NCBI RefSeq assembly: GCF_009834535.1 | Contig: NC_045697.1 | Coordinates: forward strand, 113,400,001-113,464,000 | Direction: 5' to 3' | Length of the DNA: 64,000 nucleotides | Source of the DNA: Camelus ferus | Lineage: Eukaryota | In this document: positions 39,725 through 53,665 of the stretch, piece by piece | Numbering within the stretch: the first letter of the stretch is position 1 | Layout: every line of letters starts with the position of its first letter | Notes under the pieces: generated by a model | What the model was told of the DNA's origin: nothing | The model's database searches: none | Seen by the model: only the letters and a program-made list of their open reading frames with translations | Made by a program: the position numbers and the translations under genes

Positions 39725-40088
39725 TGTATTAGTCTGCTAGTTGCTGTAACAAACTGGCTGGCTTAAACAACATAAATTTTTTTTCACTGTTCTGGAGGCT
39801 GGAAGTTCGCCATCAAGGTGTTGGCAGGTTTGGTTCCCCCCAAAACCTCTTTCCCTTGCTTGTGGATGGGCGTTCTCAGAGTCCTCAGTGCTCAATTTCT
39901 CTGTGAGCATGCATGGCTGGTGTCTCTTCCTCTTCTTATAAGGACCCCAGTCCTACTGCATTAGGGTCTCAGACTTATGAGCTCACTTAACCTTAATTGC
40001 CTCTTTAAATGCCCTATGTCCAGAATCTCACTGAAGTTGAAGACTTCGGCAAATGAATTTTGGTAGACACACAACTCAGTCCATAACC
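39725..40088 (-). mobile_element. MaLR LTR (MLT1A/B-like)
   Basis: tgtattagtctgct...gttctggaggctggaagttc...tcttataaggaccccagtc...cacaactcagtccataac. Confidence 0.88.
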
Positions 40089-40535
40089 CTAACAAACTGA
40101 ATTGAAGGCTATGATGGCAGGGAATAAATCCCACTTAAGAAATCATTCATACTGTCTTCTCAGGGAATAGTTTCAAAAAGGAATTAGAGTATCTTATTCA
40201 AGTTTATGTCCCTAACACCTAGCCAAGAGTCTGACGCCTGGTAGACACTCAGTAAATTGCTTTGAAACAGAATAGATGAAACTACTTAATTTATACAGAA
40301 AGCATATATGTGCTTTACGATGCTTGCAAGAAGTAGAAAACAATGAATATAAATGAAGATTTAACTGCAGCTATTTGAGAAATGCTATTGTTGTTACAAG
40401 GTGAACTAAAAAGAAAATAAACAACGCAGAATCAAAAGCAAAGCTAGGTTGACAATCTAATTACTTTAAATTTGCTTTTCAGAAAAAGCCCTAGGAGGCA
40501 TGTAATAGTCCAGGCAACATTGCCACCCAGAAATA

Positions 40536-40595
40536 CAATAGAAAGGTCGTAAATAAACAGGCATTCAATAGAAAGGTCGTAAATAAACAGGCATT
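40536..40595. repeat. Perfect 30 bp tandem duplication
   Basis: caatagaaaggtcgtaaataaacaggcatt present twice. Confidence 0.97.
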
Positions 40596-40744
40596 GTGAT
40601 TTCCACGGAAGGTGATTATACTCTGGCTGCCTTAGAACAATTTCTTGAATTTACTGCCAGTGAAATATAGTCCCCTGGGGATTCAAAATCCCTACCAGAG
40701 GAATATTATATTCATTTTTTTTTTCATTTTTAAGCTTAAGAGGA

Positions 40745-41001
40745 AAAATAATGAGATTTTCATAGATACAGAGAACAAACTAGTGGTTACTCATGGGGAG
40801 GGCAAAGTAGGGGCAGGAGATTAAGAGGTAAAAACTATTATGCATAAAGTAAATTAGATACAAGAATACACTGTACAGCACAGGGGATACAGCTGATTTT
40901 TTAATAATAATGTTAAATGGAGTATAATTTACAAAAGTACTGAACTACTCTGTTATCTGTCTGAAACTAATATAATATTGTGAATCAATTGTACCTGAAA
41001 A
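40745..41001 (+). mobile_element. LINE-1 3'UTR fragment
   Basis: catagatacagagaacaaactagtggttac...tgtacagcacagggga...tgaaactaatataatattgt. Confidence 0.88.
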
Positions 41002-42512
41002 GATTTTCCGTCAGTTGGCAAAGTCAAATTTTTTTTCAGTAGGAGTTGCTTCATTTATTTTATTTTTAATTGTCTAGTTAAGCCACAGATTATATCATAT
41101 CCCAAGTTCTAGCCTAAAGCAGACTCCAGTTCTCATATTTGGCTTTCACTAAGTGATAACCTCACGCTTTTGCATATAAAATGACTAAGAAAGTGGAGAT
41201 TACAAGGAGTATTATTAGAAATGTGGAAAATAGACATTGGACATGGAAACCCTATTATTAAGGCCTCCATGAAACGGTGCATGTGGAGGAAACATCACTG
41301 GGCAGAGAGAGGTCAAATGGGTTCAGGTACAAGGAAGCCTCAGCCGACCTCAACAGGGTCTTCTGGATTGTGTATCATTGTCATGAGCTGATATCTCACA
41401 GTTATCCATGGAGCAAATCCATGCGATACTCTGTGGGATGTCCAGGTGGTCCACATCTCTCAGGCTTATATCCTGACAGAAGAAAACTAAGTTAACAGAA
41501 CCCTGAAGAGAAACTGTAAATGATGAATTTTGCCCATTCCATGTGAGTGCAAAGTGCTTCTGCTCCGTTTTAACTGATCTGAGTAGAAAATGACACATGA
41601 GCCCAATTAGTGAAGCAGGCCCTGAGGCTGGATTAATCCACCTGGAACAATGCCACACCTGAGATGGTGGCTGCACTGGCCGCCATTCTGTTGACTCTGG
41701 TGGCCTGTGGTCATCTTTCAGGATCTATCTGGGGCTTCTGCAGGGGCTGGACCGGTGACTTAATTGAAGACATGATGGGACCACCATTCCTGAATCCTTT
41801 AGCTCCTTAGGGTCCGCACACATTTCCTAGGGAGACAGGGTGAGGGGCTGTTCTGTGGTTTGCACTTAGCCTTCCTCACTAAGTGGCATCATTGTACATT
41901 TAGGGACATGGGAAATAGACACCAAGGTGGTAGACAGACCCCATGGATGTGTCTCTACCCTGTGGACCCATCTGACAACCCTAGGGCCCCTTCCATCAGA
42001 TACTGAGCTGGGATAAGTCGTTGAGGTTGGAATCTGTGGGATCTGTGGTCTCTGGATGTTCATTACGACTCAGAATTTATTTCCAGTTGGTGATATCTTT
42101 ATTTCTTTTCAAATATAGACACTATTTATTCAGTTTGATGATTTTTAAAACTATTTTGCCATGGTTAGTTTGATTAATCCGAGAGTAGATTTGGATTGGA
42201 AAATATCTCTACATCTAGATTTTTTTCAAAATGGTGTTTGTTGTGGTTTAAGCATAAATCATCTATATTTTTATTTGTTAGGCAAAAACATGCAAAACTC
42301 ATTCTCACTACTATGATTTGATTTCTTAATGTCTCTGCATTAGTGATGTAACTCGTTAGCGATGCCTGGGAGGTACTGTTTAGGTATCTTGGAACATATG
42401 GTCCAAGTGAGTGTATTAACATTGCTATGTTGCTTGATATTTTATTAGGGTTTTTTTATAACAAGAAATAAGGTACGTAATATAGTTCTCCTATGACATA
42501 AATAATTCCTGA

Positions 42513-42720
42513 GATATATATATATGTGTGTGTATATATATATATATATATATAAACGTATATATATAGGATAGAATATAGGGCAGATGTACTCTTAGGA
42601 TTTAGATATATTTATATCTACACTACTATGTATATACTCTAGGATTAACCAAACTAACCATGGCAAGATAAATATACGTATATATATTTGTGTGTATATG
42701 TAAGTGTGTGATATATGTTT
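42513..42720. repeat. (TA)n/(TG)n low-complexity tract
   Basis: Directly visible. Confidence 0.85.
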
Positions 42721-43764
42721 AACTTATAGAACTTATACATAATTTATCCTACGTTATTAAATCTGTGTCTATTCAAATCTCTTTTGCCACAGAGCCATTT
42801 TCTCTCTGGAACTTGAAGGTGGGGACAGGTGAGTTAGATAGCCTCCAGGTCTTTTGTCCTTCGTTTAAAATGCATGGAACGGAGATTTTGTAGGAGTGAT
42901 TCTGGGTATGTGTTCCCATTTGTTCATGTGTGTGCTTGGGGCTGTGCCTGTGTGTGTGTATTTGGAGAGAAAACGTGATTAGAAGGAAAGTCGTGAGAGT
43001 TTGGTAGGAACACCTTCTTCGTTATGGAAACATTAACATTGACCTAAAATATTTGGACACTTTACTTACTATTTACTAAGCCCAAGTCTCAGTGAAAGAC
43101 CTTAACTGACAAAGTTCAACACTGCTAACGGATCACATAGGGATATGAAAGGTAAAATGGGTCCACCCGACATGCTCCATCTTTTCTAGTCTGGTCATGT
43201 GAGGAACAGAGGTGACAGCATCAGGTACCAAAGCAGAAGCAGTGAACCGTGCATGGAATTACCGGAAGAGAGCAACAGAGGACACACTTCAAGAGCAGCA
43301 CAATGCAGAGCAAAGTGCGAGCTAACTGAGGCTTGGAAGCGATTGCTAGAAGCATCACAGTTAGGATGGCAGCTCTCGGGAGAGCCGGTGCCCTGGGCTG
43401 ACTCAGACAAAGGCGAGCATCACAGACAGCAGGTGTGTGATCCCCGTGCTCAGGGGCCGCTGCTGGTGGCCCAACCGCTGTAAGAAAGGGATTGGACTGT
43501 GCACTGAGCTTTTCAGAAGAACTCAGATACACGTGAGATGATCATCTGGTTGGTAGAATGAGCAATTCCAGGCTAGAGATACAGATTGAAAGCTTTTGTC
43601 TAGGTCACTGTCATCTTTCACTGACAGTCCTATGATCTGTTTCCCCTTCTGCAAAATGAAAGCAGTGAAGCAAATGAGTGGAAAGTCCTATCTAGTGGCA
43701 ACATTCTCTGGCCCTAATCTCCAAAGATAAAGGTGACTGTTTGATGTACACAGAAAACACTAAA

Positions 43765-44445
43765 TTGAGGTATTCAGGATCTTATCTTGGTACTAGTAGC
43801 TGGATAATTTGAAGGAGAAAAGACAGAAAGACCAATTTCCAGGAGAGAGATCATTTGGTTTCAGTAAACAGAGCATTCACAGAGGCTCTGGAAAGAGGGG
43901 CACCAGTTTTCAGGATACAGGGGATTTCTTGCGGTCCTTCCTAGGAACTGCAACCCAGTGTTTGCAACTACAAACGTCAGTGTGCAAATTTTTCTCTTTC
44001 TCTCTACCTCCTTTTCTCTTTTGGTCATAATGAGCTTCTCTTTGTCCATCTGTTCTATTTCAAAATTTGTCAGCTAGCATTTTGTTGTTGATGCAAGATT
44101 ATGCTTCTGATTTCCTATAATTGTAACCTCCATGTGGCTGTGGCTGGCCCCAGTGCCAGTTTTGGCCTCATCTCCAAATAAATTTAGGTCTCCAGTCACC
44201 AGACTCATCTAAGTTTTGTCTCTCATAGTTCACATTTTTGATATGAGAAAAATCCGGTTGGCTGAACAAACAAGTAAATATGTGTGGGTTTCCCCTGTTC
44301 TATGTGTTCACCCTTGGTCTAAGCCATCTGTGCCCAGCAGGATAGGATAATGTGGTCTTGATGTGACCATCACGCATCTAAAAGATGTGGGAGAAGGAAA
44401 CTCCAAAAGAGAATGTGTTCGGGTGAGAATGGAATTACAACACGT
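43765..44445 (-). mobile_element. Old MaLR LTR (MLT1J/K/L-like)
   Basis: gtgttcacccttggtctaagccatctgtgcccagcaggatagga and ccggttggctga motifs; degenerate. Confidence 0.45.
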
Positions 44446-45259
44446 GTGTCTCAGACTGAGGTGTAGTCCTCCCAATGCCACAAATAAAGAAAAGCTAGAA
44501 ATCAGGTAAGAACATGTCAGTTGGGTAAAGCGATGGAAAGGATTTAATTATTCTCCTGTGGCTAAATCACAATTGGTCAGAACAACCATATAATTCCATG
44601 TGACACAGTTCTGACCAACAAGGTAAACTGGGAAACCTGTTTGAAGATTTCTGTCAAAGGCTGTTCTTGATGCCAAACAGTGATGCGTGGAGGGAATCCT
44701 ACCACTTTGCCTTGAAGTTGGTCATATGCTTGTGACATCTAAAACAGTGGCAACTAGCTTGGAAATATGAGAAGAGCCAAGCCCCCAAACAAGCTGATGC
44801 CAAGAAAATGGCCGCGTGGAAAACTGAGAGGTGATGCTCTCGCGGTAAATGCTCCGGGGACACCTGCCCCTGTGCTTCTTGCTGTAGAGATAACACATCT
44901 CCTTGTTTATAAAAACTCCAAAGGCACTTTCTGTAGCTCGCAGCATAAAGCAAGCCACAGATGATTTTACCATGTTTCAAAGAATTAGGTTATTAAATGA
45001 ATACCGCATACACTTAAATTTTTCTTTTTTATCTTATTGGGCCTCAAGGGCATAAAAGGGAATTTGTTCTTCTTCTACACTATTATGGAAAATACCTGGC
45101 TATTTTGATTCAGGAGAAACTAAAGCTCACCAAAGTAATTCCTTTCAGCATTGTAAGCATTTTCTTCATATTTTTGGCAGCTTTCTACCTAAATTTCTAT
45201 CTACAAGGTCTTTAACACTCTTTGGGTTGCTATTGCTTTATCTTAGTTTATTTTAGTTC

Positions 45260-45520
45260 TTTAAATTGAGCTATAGTTGATACGTAACAGTTTTAGGTGT
45301 CAATGTAATGATTATATGTAATGATAATACATGTATATATTGAGAAATGAATACCATAGTAAGTTTTTTTCTGCTGCTTTATTGTTTTTTTCACCGGTTT
45401 GTTGTATTTTCTAGATTCCCCATTTAAGTGATGTACAGTATTTATCTTTCTCTGTCTGACCTTGCAATAAGTTTAACTACCATCCATCACCACACATAGT
45501 TGCATATTTTTTCTTGTGCT
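45260..45520 (-). mobile_element. LINE-1 3' end fragments (L1MA-like), non-collinear
   Basis: ttgagctatagttgata; tagattccccatttaagtga; catccatcaccacacatagtt. Confidence 0.75.
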
Positions 45521-45867
45521 ATTGTTTTAGATCCATTATTCATCTTCTTAAACACCATTCTATCTCTGATAGAATTTCAGAGTTGGAAGTGTTGCAAGAT
45601 GTTACTAATTTGAACCATTAAAAGCCCTAGATATGTAGTTGAATTAAAGATCCTAATAAGAGCATATTTTATAGCACTTTAACATTATTGACATGTTTAA
45701 AATTGATGAATTTTAAAATTTAGCATACATATTTAAGAAATATGTAACTTTTTATGTATGTCAGTAGGGAATGCAAATTAATGGATTAAAATATTTGGTT
45801 CATAATAATGATTATATAAAGAAAACATTTCATAAGTTAAGAAAAATTTATATATATACCTTAAACA

Positions 45868-45993
45868 TTTTTATTATTTTTTTATGGGGTAGGTAATTAG
45901 GTTTATTTGTTTATTTTTAACAGAGGTACTGGGGATTGAACACAGGACCTCATGCATGCTAAGCAGGCACTAGAACACCCAGCTGTACCCTCT
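45868..45993 (-). mobile_element. tRNA-derived SINE (long-tail variant)
   Basis: ggtaggtaattaggtttattt...gaggtactggggattgaacacaggacctcatgcatgctaagc. Confidence 0.9.
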
Positions 45994-46044
45994 ACTACTT
46001 ATATATTTTTAATTTTGTAAGTTAAAATTATACTTAAAACATTT

Positions 46045-46145
46045 AAAATATGAAAACGAATATATGTATGTATATGCATGACTGGGACATTGTGCTGTAC
46101 ACCAGAAATTGACACATTGTAACTGACTGTACTTCAATTAAAAAA
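46045..46145 (+). mobile_element. Young LINE-1 3' tip
   Basis: atatgaaaacgaatatatgtatgtatatgcatgactgggacattgtgctgtacaccagaaattgacacattgtaactgac. Confidence 0.9.
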
Positions 46146-46164
46146 GTTAATTATTTTTAATTTT

Positions 46165-46530
46165 ATGAATTTATTCATTTACTTAAATGAGAGAAAGAAA
46201 AAGAAAGAGGAAGAGTATTATGTTCCAGGTGCTCTTCTAGGGATAACAGATTCAGTGCTAAATAAGGCAGTTAGAGCCTTGCCTTCATGTACTTCATGTG
46301 CTAAGAGACTGGACAGCCTATAAGTGCGTAATAAATGAGGAAGATTATTATTACTTGCAATAAGTGCTGTGAAAACAATATGTGTGTTGAAAGGTGAGGT
46401 TACTTTACACAGGTGGTCAGAAAAAATATTTTGTATGGAGGTGATATCTGATCTAAGCCCTGCAGTAAAATAATAAACTAATCTTGTAAAAGGAGGAAGA
46501 GGACATTTATCTAAATGAGGGAAAAGGTAG
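46165..46530 (-). mobile_element. LINE-2 3' end
   Basis: tatgttccaggtgctcttctagggata...ataagtgctgtgaaaa...ggaggtgatatctgatctaagccctg. Confidence 0.75.
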
Positions 46531-46756
46531 AGAGTCCAAGAAACAGAAGAAGGCCCGGCCTTGGGAGGACAGTTTCTCCAGCCATGCTCTCTGTCCAAGG
46601 CAGGTAACAGGGGCCTTTTCTGTTCACTCGTCCCTCCATTCTTTTATCCACCTGCCCCTCTTACTCCACCTCCTTTCAATACAATGTATCATGCTGAGCA
46701 TATGCTTTGGAGTAGGCATCTGACAGAGGTTAAGATGGACATGCTTATTTCTAAAT

Positions 46757-46940
46757 TTGGAATCTGGAATTAACACATTAGTATATATAAAATAGATAAA
46801 CAACAAGGACCTACTGTATAGCACAGGGAACTAGATTCGATACCTTGTGATAACCTATAATGGAAAAGAATCTGGAAAAGAATATATATATGTGTAACTG
46901 AACCACTTTGCTGTACACTCGAAATTCACATAATATTGTG
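46757..46940 (+). mobile_element. LINE-1 3'UTR fragment
   Basis: ataaaatagataaacaacaaggacctactgtatagcacagggaact...ctgaaccactttgctgtacac. Confidence 0.9.
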
Positions 46941-49229
46941 GAAAAAAGGTAGACATACTTATTACATACTTGGACTAGAGACAATTTAACATGCAAAAAT
47001 TATAAAGTGATGGCTATCACATTAAGAAAAATACAAAGTGATATGAGAATATCCAAGAAGGATATCTATCCCAGGTGCCAGGTGGGGTGTCCTAGACATT
47101 TTCTAGCCATTTTTCCTAGAATAGGGGTTTAAATTTGAGACATGGAGAATGAGCGGAGGCTAACTGGGTGAGAAAGAGAGGGGAGAATGTTCCAGGAAAA
47201 GAAGAGGATGGATATAAACGAAAGCCCGAGAGACAAGGGATAGTTGGGCATACTGGGAAAGTAAAGGCTGCTGTGCAGCTGAAATGTAGATTGAAGGCCA
47301 CCTTGAAGATGTTGGGAGTCACCTGTTCATACAGTGGAAAACTTTTTTGGGGGGTCAAAGAGTAATTAAAGGAATTTACTTGAAACCTACATTATATTAG
47401 AAAGAAAGAAACTACTGTCTTATTTGAGCCACTGCATTTTTGTTTCTCTTTGGTATGGCTTGCTCTAGACACTAACTAAAACATCGTGGGAATTCATACA
47501 GAAGCTAGGAAAGTTCTAGAAATCTCCAGAATTTGCACCAGCCACTTGAATGACTCCATATTGCAGGCAACATGGCATCAGTGGCTTCAAGCTCCCATGT
47601 GACAACTTTGTTTCTCTCCTTTCATTGTTCCTGAAAGTTCTGGTGAAGGGTTCTGACTGGCCCCTCATACGTCCTACACCAGTCACTGTGACCAGGAAAC
47701 TGAGATTCTAGGATCAGTCCAGTTTAGCTGAGGTTCTTTTTATTTGACCCATTGCTTTGAGGTTTTGTGAAAACATGATATGTACATTGGATCTTTATGG
47801 TGAAGGAGTTTCAGAAGGATCAATTCCTTACTACAACCCAAGAGTCATCCACCAGTGACTTTGTTCAACCCAAACGACTAGATTTCCAAAAATTCAAACA
47901 TGGTCATTTTCCAGGTGTCTGAAATAAGTACAGACTGGCTACTTTCACCCTCTGGGAATAGCATCTTGGCACTATGAGGGAAATAGCATTGATATATTTT
48001 CAGAAATGTTACACTATGTCCCTGATTACTCAGAGCTCACAACAGCTATATTTCTCAGTTAGCTAATTTTATGATACATGGAGAGACTCTTGAAAATACT
48101 TTAATGGTTTATTTATTATTTGCACATTCTTGATGGCTGGATATGACAAATGATCACTGTTTAGAAAGCCTGATGAAAACCTCCAATACAGAGCATCACC
48201 ATGACCTTTAAAATGGGATTTCAGAAGCTTCCACTAGAGCAGCTGGGAGAAAACCCAGCTGAAAGTAACCCAAAATTAACCTGGAAGTTTTGTTCTTGCG
48301 TCTCAGCTCTACCGGGACAAACTCACTGTTCTGTGAGGGATCCTGTGTGCCCTACCAAAGGATCAGCCTTGGAGCTGATCCACCAATTGAGGCAGCAATC
48401 ACTGGTCCTAAATCATGATGTAATTAAAACATATATTTAAAGACATATTTACATATATTAAACATATATTTTCTTTATTTGAAGAAATATAAAGTTTATG
48501 TTTCAAAATTCACTGTATAACCTTGAAACTTGGTGGAATTATGCCACTCTTGCCTGGAAAGGACCTTGAGTCTATAAGCCAAGGAAACTGGCTGTGTTGT
48601 AAACAGGCATGATTGACAGGTGACCTAAATATTTTGCGCCATTTATCTCTTTTCTTTTTTGCCATGAAATAGCACCTAAAAATGATCCTGGATAAAGCGT
48701 GCATCTTGTGTGCACTAGTTTGGGAAGAATGGAATCTGACATGAACAGGGAAAATGTTACATGTCTCAATTTCATGCTGAGAACATTAGCGCATGTGGAT
48801 TTGGAAAGCTCCCATCAGAAATCACGCTGTGACACAGTATAAAGGGTAACAATGGAGAAACGAGTGTTAGCACCCATCCTGGTACTTAGAAGATTAATGG
48901 AAGGAGACCATCTATATCTATGAAAGGGTCTTTGAATTATGAGTTACGGATACTGGTACCGATGCAACTTTCCAACCCAAGGAAATTGAAAGGCTTGGCA
49001 ATTCCACTCTTCTATAAGGAAAAGGGATTGCAGTCTGGGGCTATGAGAATCATTACGAAGAGACATGTTTAGTTGACATTGGTGGCGTTTGTGAGGCCCT
49101 TCTGATACAACCACTCTATGGGTCATCTTTGTTGGAAATTACAGACAAACCTGAATAGCACTGAACTTTACGTCAAGACAGCAATTTGGTTTTTGCTTAC
49201 CACTATGAAGCCCATTAGTCTATCCTAGG

Positions 49230-50060
49230 TCCTATATATTCTGATACGCATTTTAGTCTTCAGTTTTGTAAACTGCCACAAAACATTTTGCAATATTGAT
49301 GGAATTATCTGAATCTAAAGATACATTTGATGAAAATTAACATCTTTTAAAATATCAAGTGGCCCAAATCACGAATAAGGACTAGTTCCCCATTTACTTG
49401 GATTCTCTTTAATTTTTCTTACTATAGTTTCCTTATACACACACACACATACACACACACAGAGTTTTTGTAGTGTTGTTTTTGTACTTTTTTTTAACAC
49501 AAATAGTACCATACTATACATATTATTCTCCAATTATTTTAACACTTAATAATGCGTCTTGAAGATTTTGTAGAACTAATACATACTTTTAAAATACTTT
49601 CTTGCACTGCCCAGTACAAATTTACTATAATTTATTTAACAATTTTCTTATTGGTGCACATTTATATTTCTAGTTTTTCACTATCATAAACAAAGCTGCA
49701 TTGAACGTCATAGTCCATGTGGATGATAAATACATATAAGAAGACTCACTTGGTTAAAAGGTATGAGCACTTTAAATCTTTAATTTTCTGTATCTGTATT
49801 CTATTTTCAATACATTTTAATATTTTTCATGTGCAATTTTCTTCCAGTAGAGTTTTTGGAGTTGATTCCTACTTTTTTATAGTTTTCTTGATTTTTCCTC
49901 TTATATTTACAATTTGATTATTGCTAGTGATTGAAAAATTATTGGATTTGTGTCAGTATTATATTTGGGTACCTTACTGAACTGTCTTGTATGTGTCAAT
50001 AACTTGGGAACTAGGTTAAAGCTTACTGAAGAAGAAAACTTTTTATCTTGTCTGGTAGAT
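49230..50060 (-). mobile_element. Very old LINE-1 fragments (L1ME-like)
   Basis: tgatggaattatctgaatcta...aattaacatctttt; tttttcactatcataaacaaagctgcattgaac. Confidence 0.6.
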
Positions 50061-52434
50061 ATGAAATTTGTCTCAGAGCAGATGTCGTAGCAAATATCGT
50101 AAATATTGTATTCCATTAACTCTCTGCTCTGCTCTGGGCTCATACATGTGGCTGGTGAAGAACTTAATAACCATTAACAGTGAGCCTTTCTCTGCCCACA
50201 CATTGGATTAAGAAATAATCCAACGTTTCGTTTGATTCCAGACGTTAGAGTGAGGGAAGAAAGATTGTTGACAATGTTTATTGCAAAGTAACTTGGCTTC
50301 CTTTTTTTGAGTGTACATTGTCAATAGAAAACTGCAAACAATAATGCAAACAAAATATATTTTTTTTTACCTTAACAAATTGTCCTGCCTCACATCTTCG
50401 AAACCCACTTATACTGTGACTCACCTTACCAAATCCATCCTATCTTGCGCTCATCTCCAGTAGGGCCTTCATCTCCTGTTTTATCTCTGTCTTCTTCTGC
50501 ACTCGTCCCTTCCCCATTCATCACCTTGTGGATAGTTGCTGCATTGAGAATATCGTTCTTCTTTTGCCCAGTTTTCAAACACTCTGGTCATGTTTCAGTT
50601 ATTTCCATTTTTCTTAGTACCTCAAGAAAACTAGACCTCATAGGTTTTCAATTAGCACTTGCTGAAGTGAGTAGAAATTGGTTAATGAAACACTAGATAA
50701 ATTCAAGTGTTTAGTGTTTGTAGCTCAATAGTCTTTTTCTGGTCACCCGGTCGCCACCAAATAGCTTGTGGAATAGCCATTGAATACACCCTCCTAAAGG
50801 AGTCTGGAGAGTTAAGTTGTTTGGTTTTTCACTGTGGTTCTAAATTGGGCATAAGGCAAGGAGATTGCTTAAATTCTCTGCATTCCAGTATAACTCTGCT
50901 ATATCCAATAACACAGCAAAGGTTCAAACATAATTATAATATCCTATTGGATGAGGGGTTAGGAGTTCAGCTTTAAAATAACCATTGAACAAGGTGGAGG
51001 TGAGATGAGGTTATCAATAAAATATATTTATTAATAATAACCCTTCCTAAATAATCTAGAACACAAAAATCTACTTGCACAGACTCCAAGGACTATTGAA
51101 AGGATGAACCCTGAGAAATTTAGTATTGTTAATTCTAATTTCTTAAACTCAATTTTTACATAGCAAAGGGCTAATTTATTTTTCTTGATGCTTATATCAT
51201 AAGATAACTATGTAAAGCCAGATAGTAGATTGATTTTGGTAAAGCAGATGATAAAAGAAGAGATAATCTGAAGAGACTTTTCATAAAGAAACTAAATTTT
51301 AATTCTATGATGGGACTAGTACTGCAGGGTGAAATGGTATTTTTTCCTGTATATCCCTGAGTCTGTGTTCATACGCACATCCAGAAAACACGGGCTAGCA
51401 CAGCTATTCACCACACTCTGACCAGAGACCGATTAGAGTAATGAGACGTTCTCAAGCCAAATATTATATCACTCGAATGAGGAGTGGTGTGAAAATTTAG
51501 GTCCTTTAGCTGAATTAGAGATCATTTAAATCATATGGCAAGTATACTCTGCTGGGAACAAAAGGGTTGTGTAAAAATATGTGAAAAATGATCTTCAACA
51601 CATACAGTGAATTCATGTTAAATAGAATTATTTTAAAGACAACAGTTTAGATCAACAGAATCAGGTGATGGGATGCTGAGCAGAAAACCTTCCTAAAATC
51701 AAGGAAAAAAATAAAGAATCTAATTGGGTAAAATTTTACCATCTTAAGGTCTTATTTTCATACTCTTTTTTTACAGTAGTCTATCAGTTCAGCTTTATTT
51801 TTATTTTTTAGTCACTGAATAATTTAAATACTAATTAGTGATTTGAATATAAGGTGTACTTGGTTACAATCACATAGTGATGTAAAATTTCTAAAATACT
51901 AGCCATTTAGGTCATGTACTAATAATTAGTAACCTTCCACTGTGAATACAGTATCCTGATGAATTTCGATAAGACAGGAGAAAGAAAATTTACATACTTT
52001 CATTAAATGAAACACAAAATTAAACATACTCTAATCCGTTTCTAATGATTGGATCAGCAAACAGTTTCCTCTCAAAGGTTTAAAGCTCCCATTTCTACAT
52101 CTGGCAGTTGAAGACATTCTCTCTGCCCTCAAAATATGGGGAAAATAGTATTGACTGCTCCTCAGTTGAACAGTTTTTGAACATATATCAAAATTTATTA
52201 CATACCTGTAAAGCAGTTGTTTGAAGCACAGTGCTTGGCAGAAAGAAACTATTAAACAATAAAGGAAGCATCTTTGGTAGTGAGAATGCATGGAGGTTGA
52301 GCAGTAATTTCAGCATGCATGTTTTGTGTCACTGTGGAATTCTTCAGATAACTGCAAATCTCATAAAGATAAGTCTATGCCAGTCTGCTAAGAGTCTTCA
52401 TTTCTAAGAATAAGAATGTGTGGATTTTAAGTTA

Positions 52435-52640
52435 AAATTTTTATTGAGGTATAATTGATATATAACATGATGTTAGTTTCAGGTGTACAACAGAATGATT
52501 TTGATGTTGTTGCAGTATGATCACCATGATAAGCCTAGTTAACATACATAGTTACAAACTTTTTGGGGTGTGATGAGAACTTTTAAGATCTACTCTCTCA
52601 GCAACTTTCAAATAGACAATACAGTATAGTTAACTATTAA
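52435..52640 (-). mobile_element. LINE-1 3' end (L1MA9-like)
   Basis: tttattgaggtataattgata...tgatgagaacttttaagatctactctctcagcaactttcaaata. Confidence 0.88.
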
Positions 52641-52696
52641 TTTTAGAGTTGATTTTTTTGGAAGATGGATATTTTTATCAATTTAAAAGATGATAC

Positions 52697-52846
52697 GTGG
52701 GTGAAATAGCTTAGTGGCAGAGCACATGTTTAGCATGCATGAGGTCCTGGGTTCAATCTCCAGTATCTCCATTAAAAAATAAAATAAAATAAAATAAAAT
52801 AAAATAAAATAAAATAAAATAAAATAAAATAAAATAAAATAAAAAA
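52697..52846 (+). mobile_element. tRNA-derived SINE with (AAAAT)n tail
   Basis: atagcttagtggcagagc...gaggtcctgggttcaatctccagtatctcc followed by (aaaat)n. Confidence 0.92.
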
Positions 52847-53196
52847 ATGGAGTGTACAGCAGCTCTGAATTTGGTTACACACAAAGGCAAGGCTAACGAA
52901 CCCCAAAACCATGAATTAAATTACATGCCGATGGAGTGGCGAGTCAAGCCCATATCTGTCTGGCTTCAAAGCCCAGGCTCTTTCCACTTTGCATGTTGAG
53001 TTTTGTTTTTTTTAAAGCACTATGGGGGTTGAGGGTAGATAAGCCTGTATTAATAAAGTTTTTGAATATGTTTGTTTTACTTAAATGTGTTTTAGTTTTA
53101 AAAATCACAAAAATACTAATAGCAAAGAAAGTATTACTAGATATCCAGGAATAAAAATTTAAAACACACGGATTTAAAAAGAATCTTGAGGGTAGA

Positions 53197-53295
53197 GCAG
53201 AGGGTACAGCTCAGTGGTAGAGCATGTGCTTAGCATGCACCAGGTCCTGGGTTCCATCCCCAGGACCTCCATTAAAAACAAAAAAATTAAAAAAA
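53197..53295 (+). mobile_element. tRNA-derived SINE
   Basis: gagggtacagctcagtggtagagc...gtcctgggttccatccccaggacctcc followed by an A tail. Confidence 0.92.
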
Positions 53296-53489
53296 GGACT
53301 GTTGTGTGTCAAATGTTCTCAAGCTCTTGATCTTTCTGAACCATTATTCAGATATTAATTTATACCTCCTTGAACTTAAAAACTAATAAAGGAAGACCAG
53401 AAGTTGTTTTAAATGGCAATGGCATTCAAGAAAAAGAAACACTTACGACAAAATATAAAATGCAATACAAACAATCACCATAGCACTGC

Positions 53490-53665
53490 ATGGCTAAGTG
53501 TATGCGCCATCAGAGTAGCTCTCATAATCTCCGCAGCTCTTTGAGGAAAGCTCTCTTATTATTCCAGATGAGGGAACTGAGTTTACAGAGGTAAATTATT
53601 CAAAGTCCCTCACTGAAGATTTAGACTTAGGTCTGTTCAACTCCAGGGATGCACTCAGTCACATA
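53490..53665 (-). mobile_element. MIR SINE (target of the provirus)
   Basis: cagatgagggaactgagtttacagaggtaaa...taggtctgttcaactcca. Confidence 0.75.

Noticed and set aside
40536..40595. CRISPR-like 30 bp direct repeats
   Set aside because: Only two copies with no spacer, in mammalian DNA
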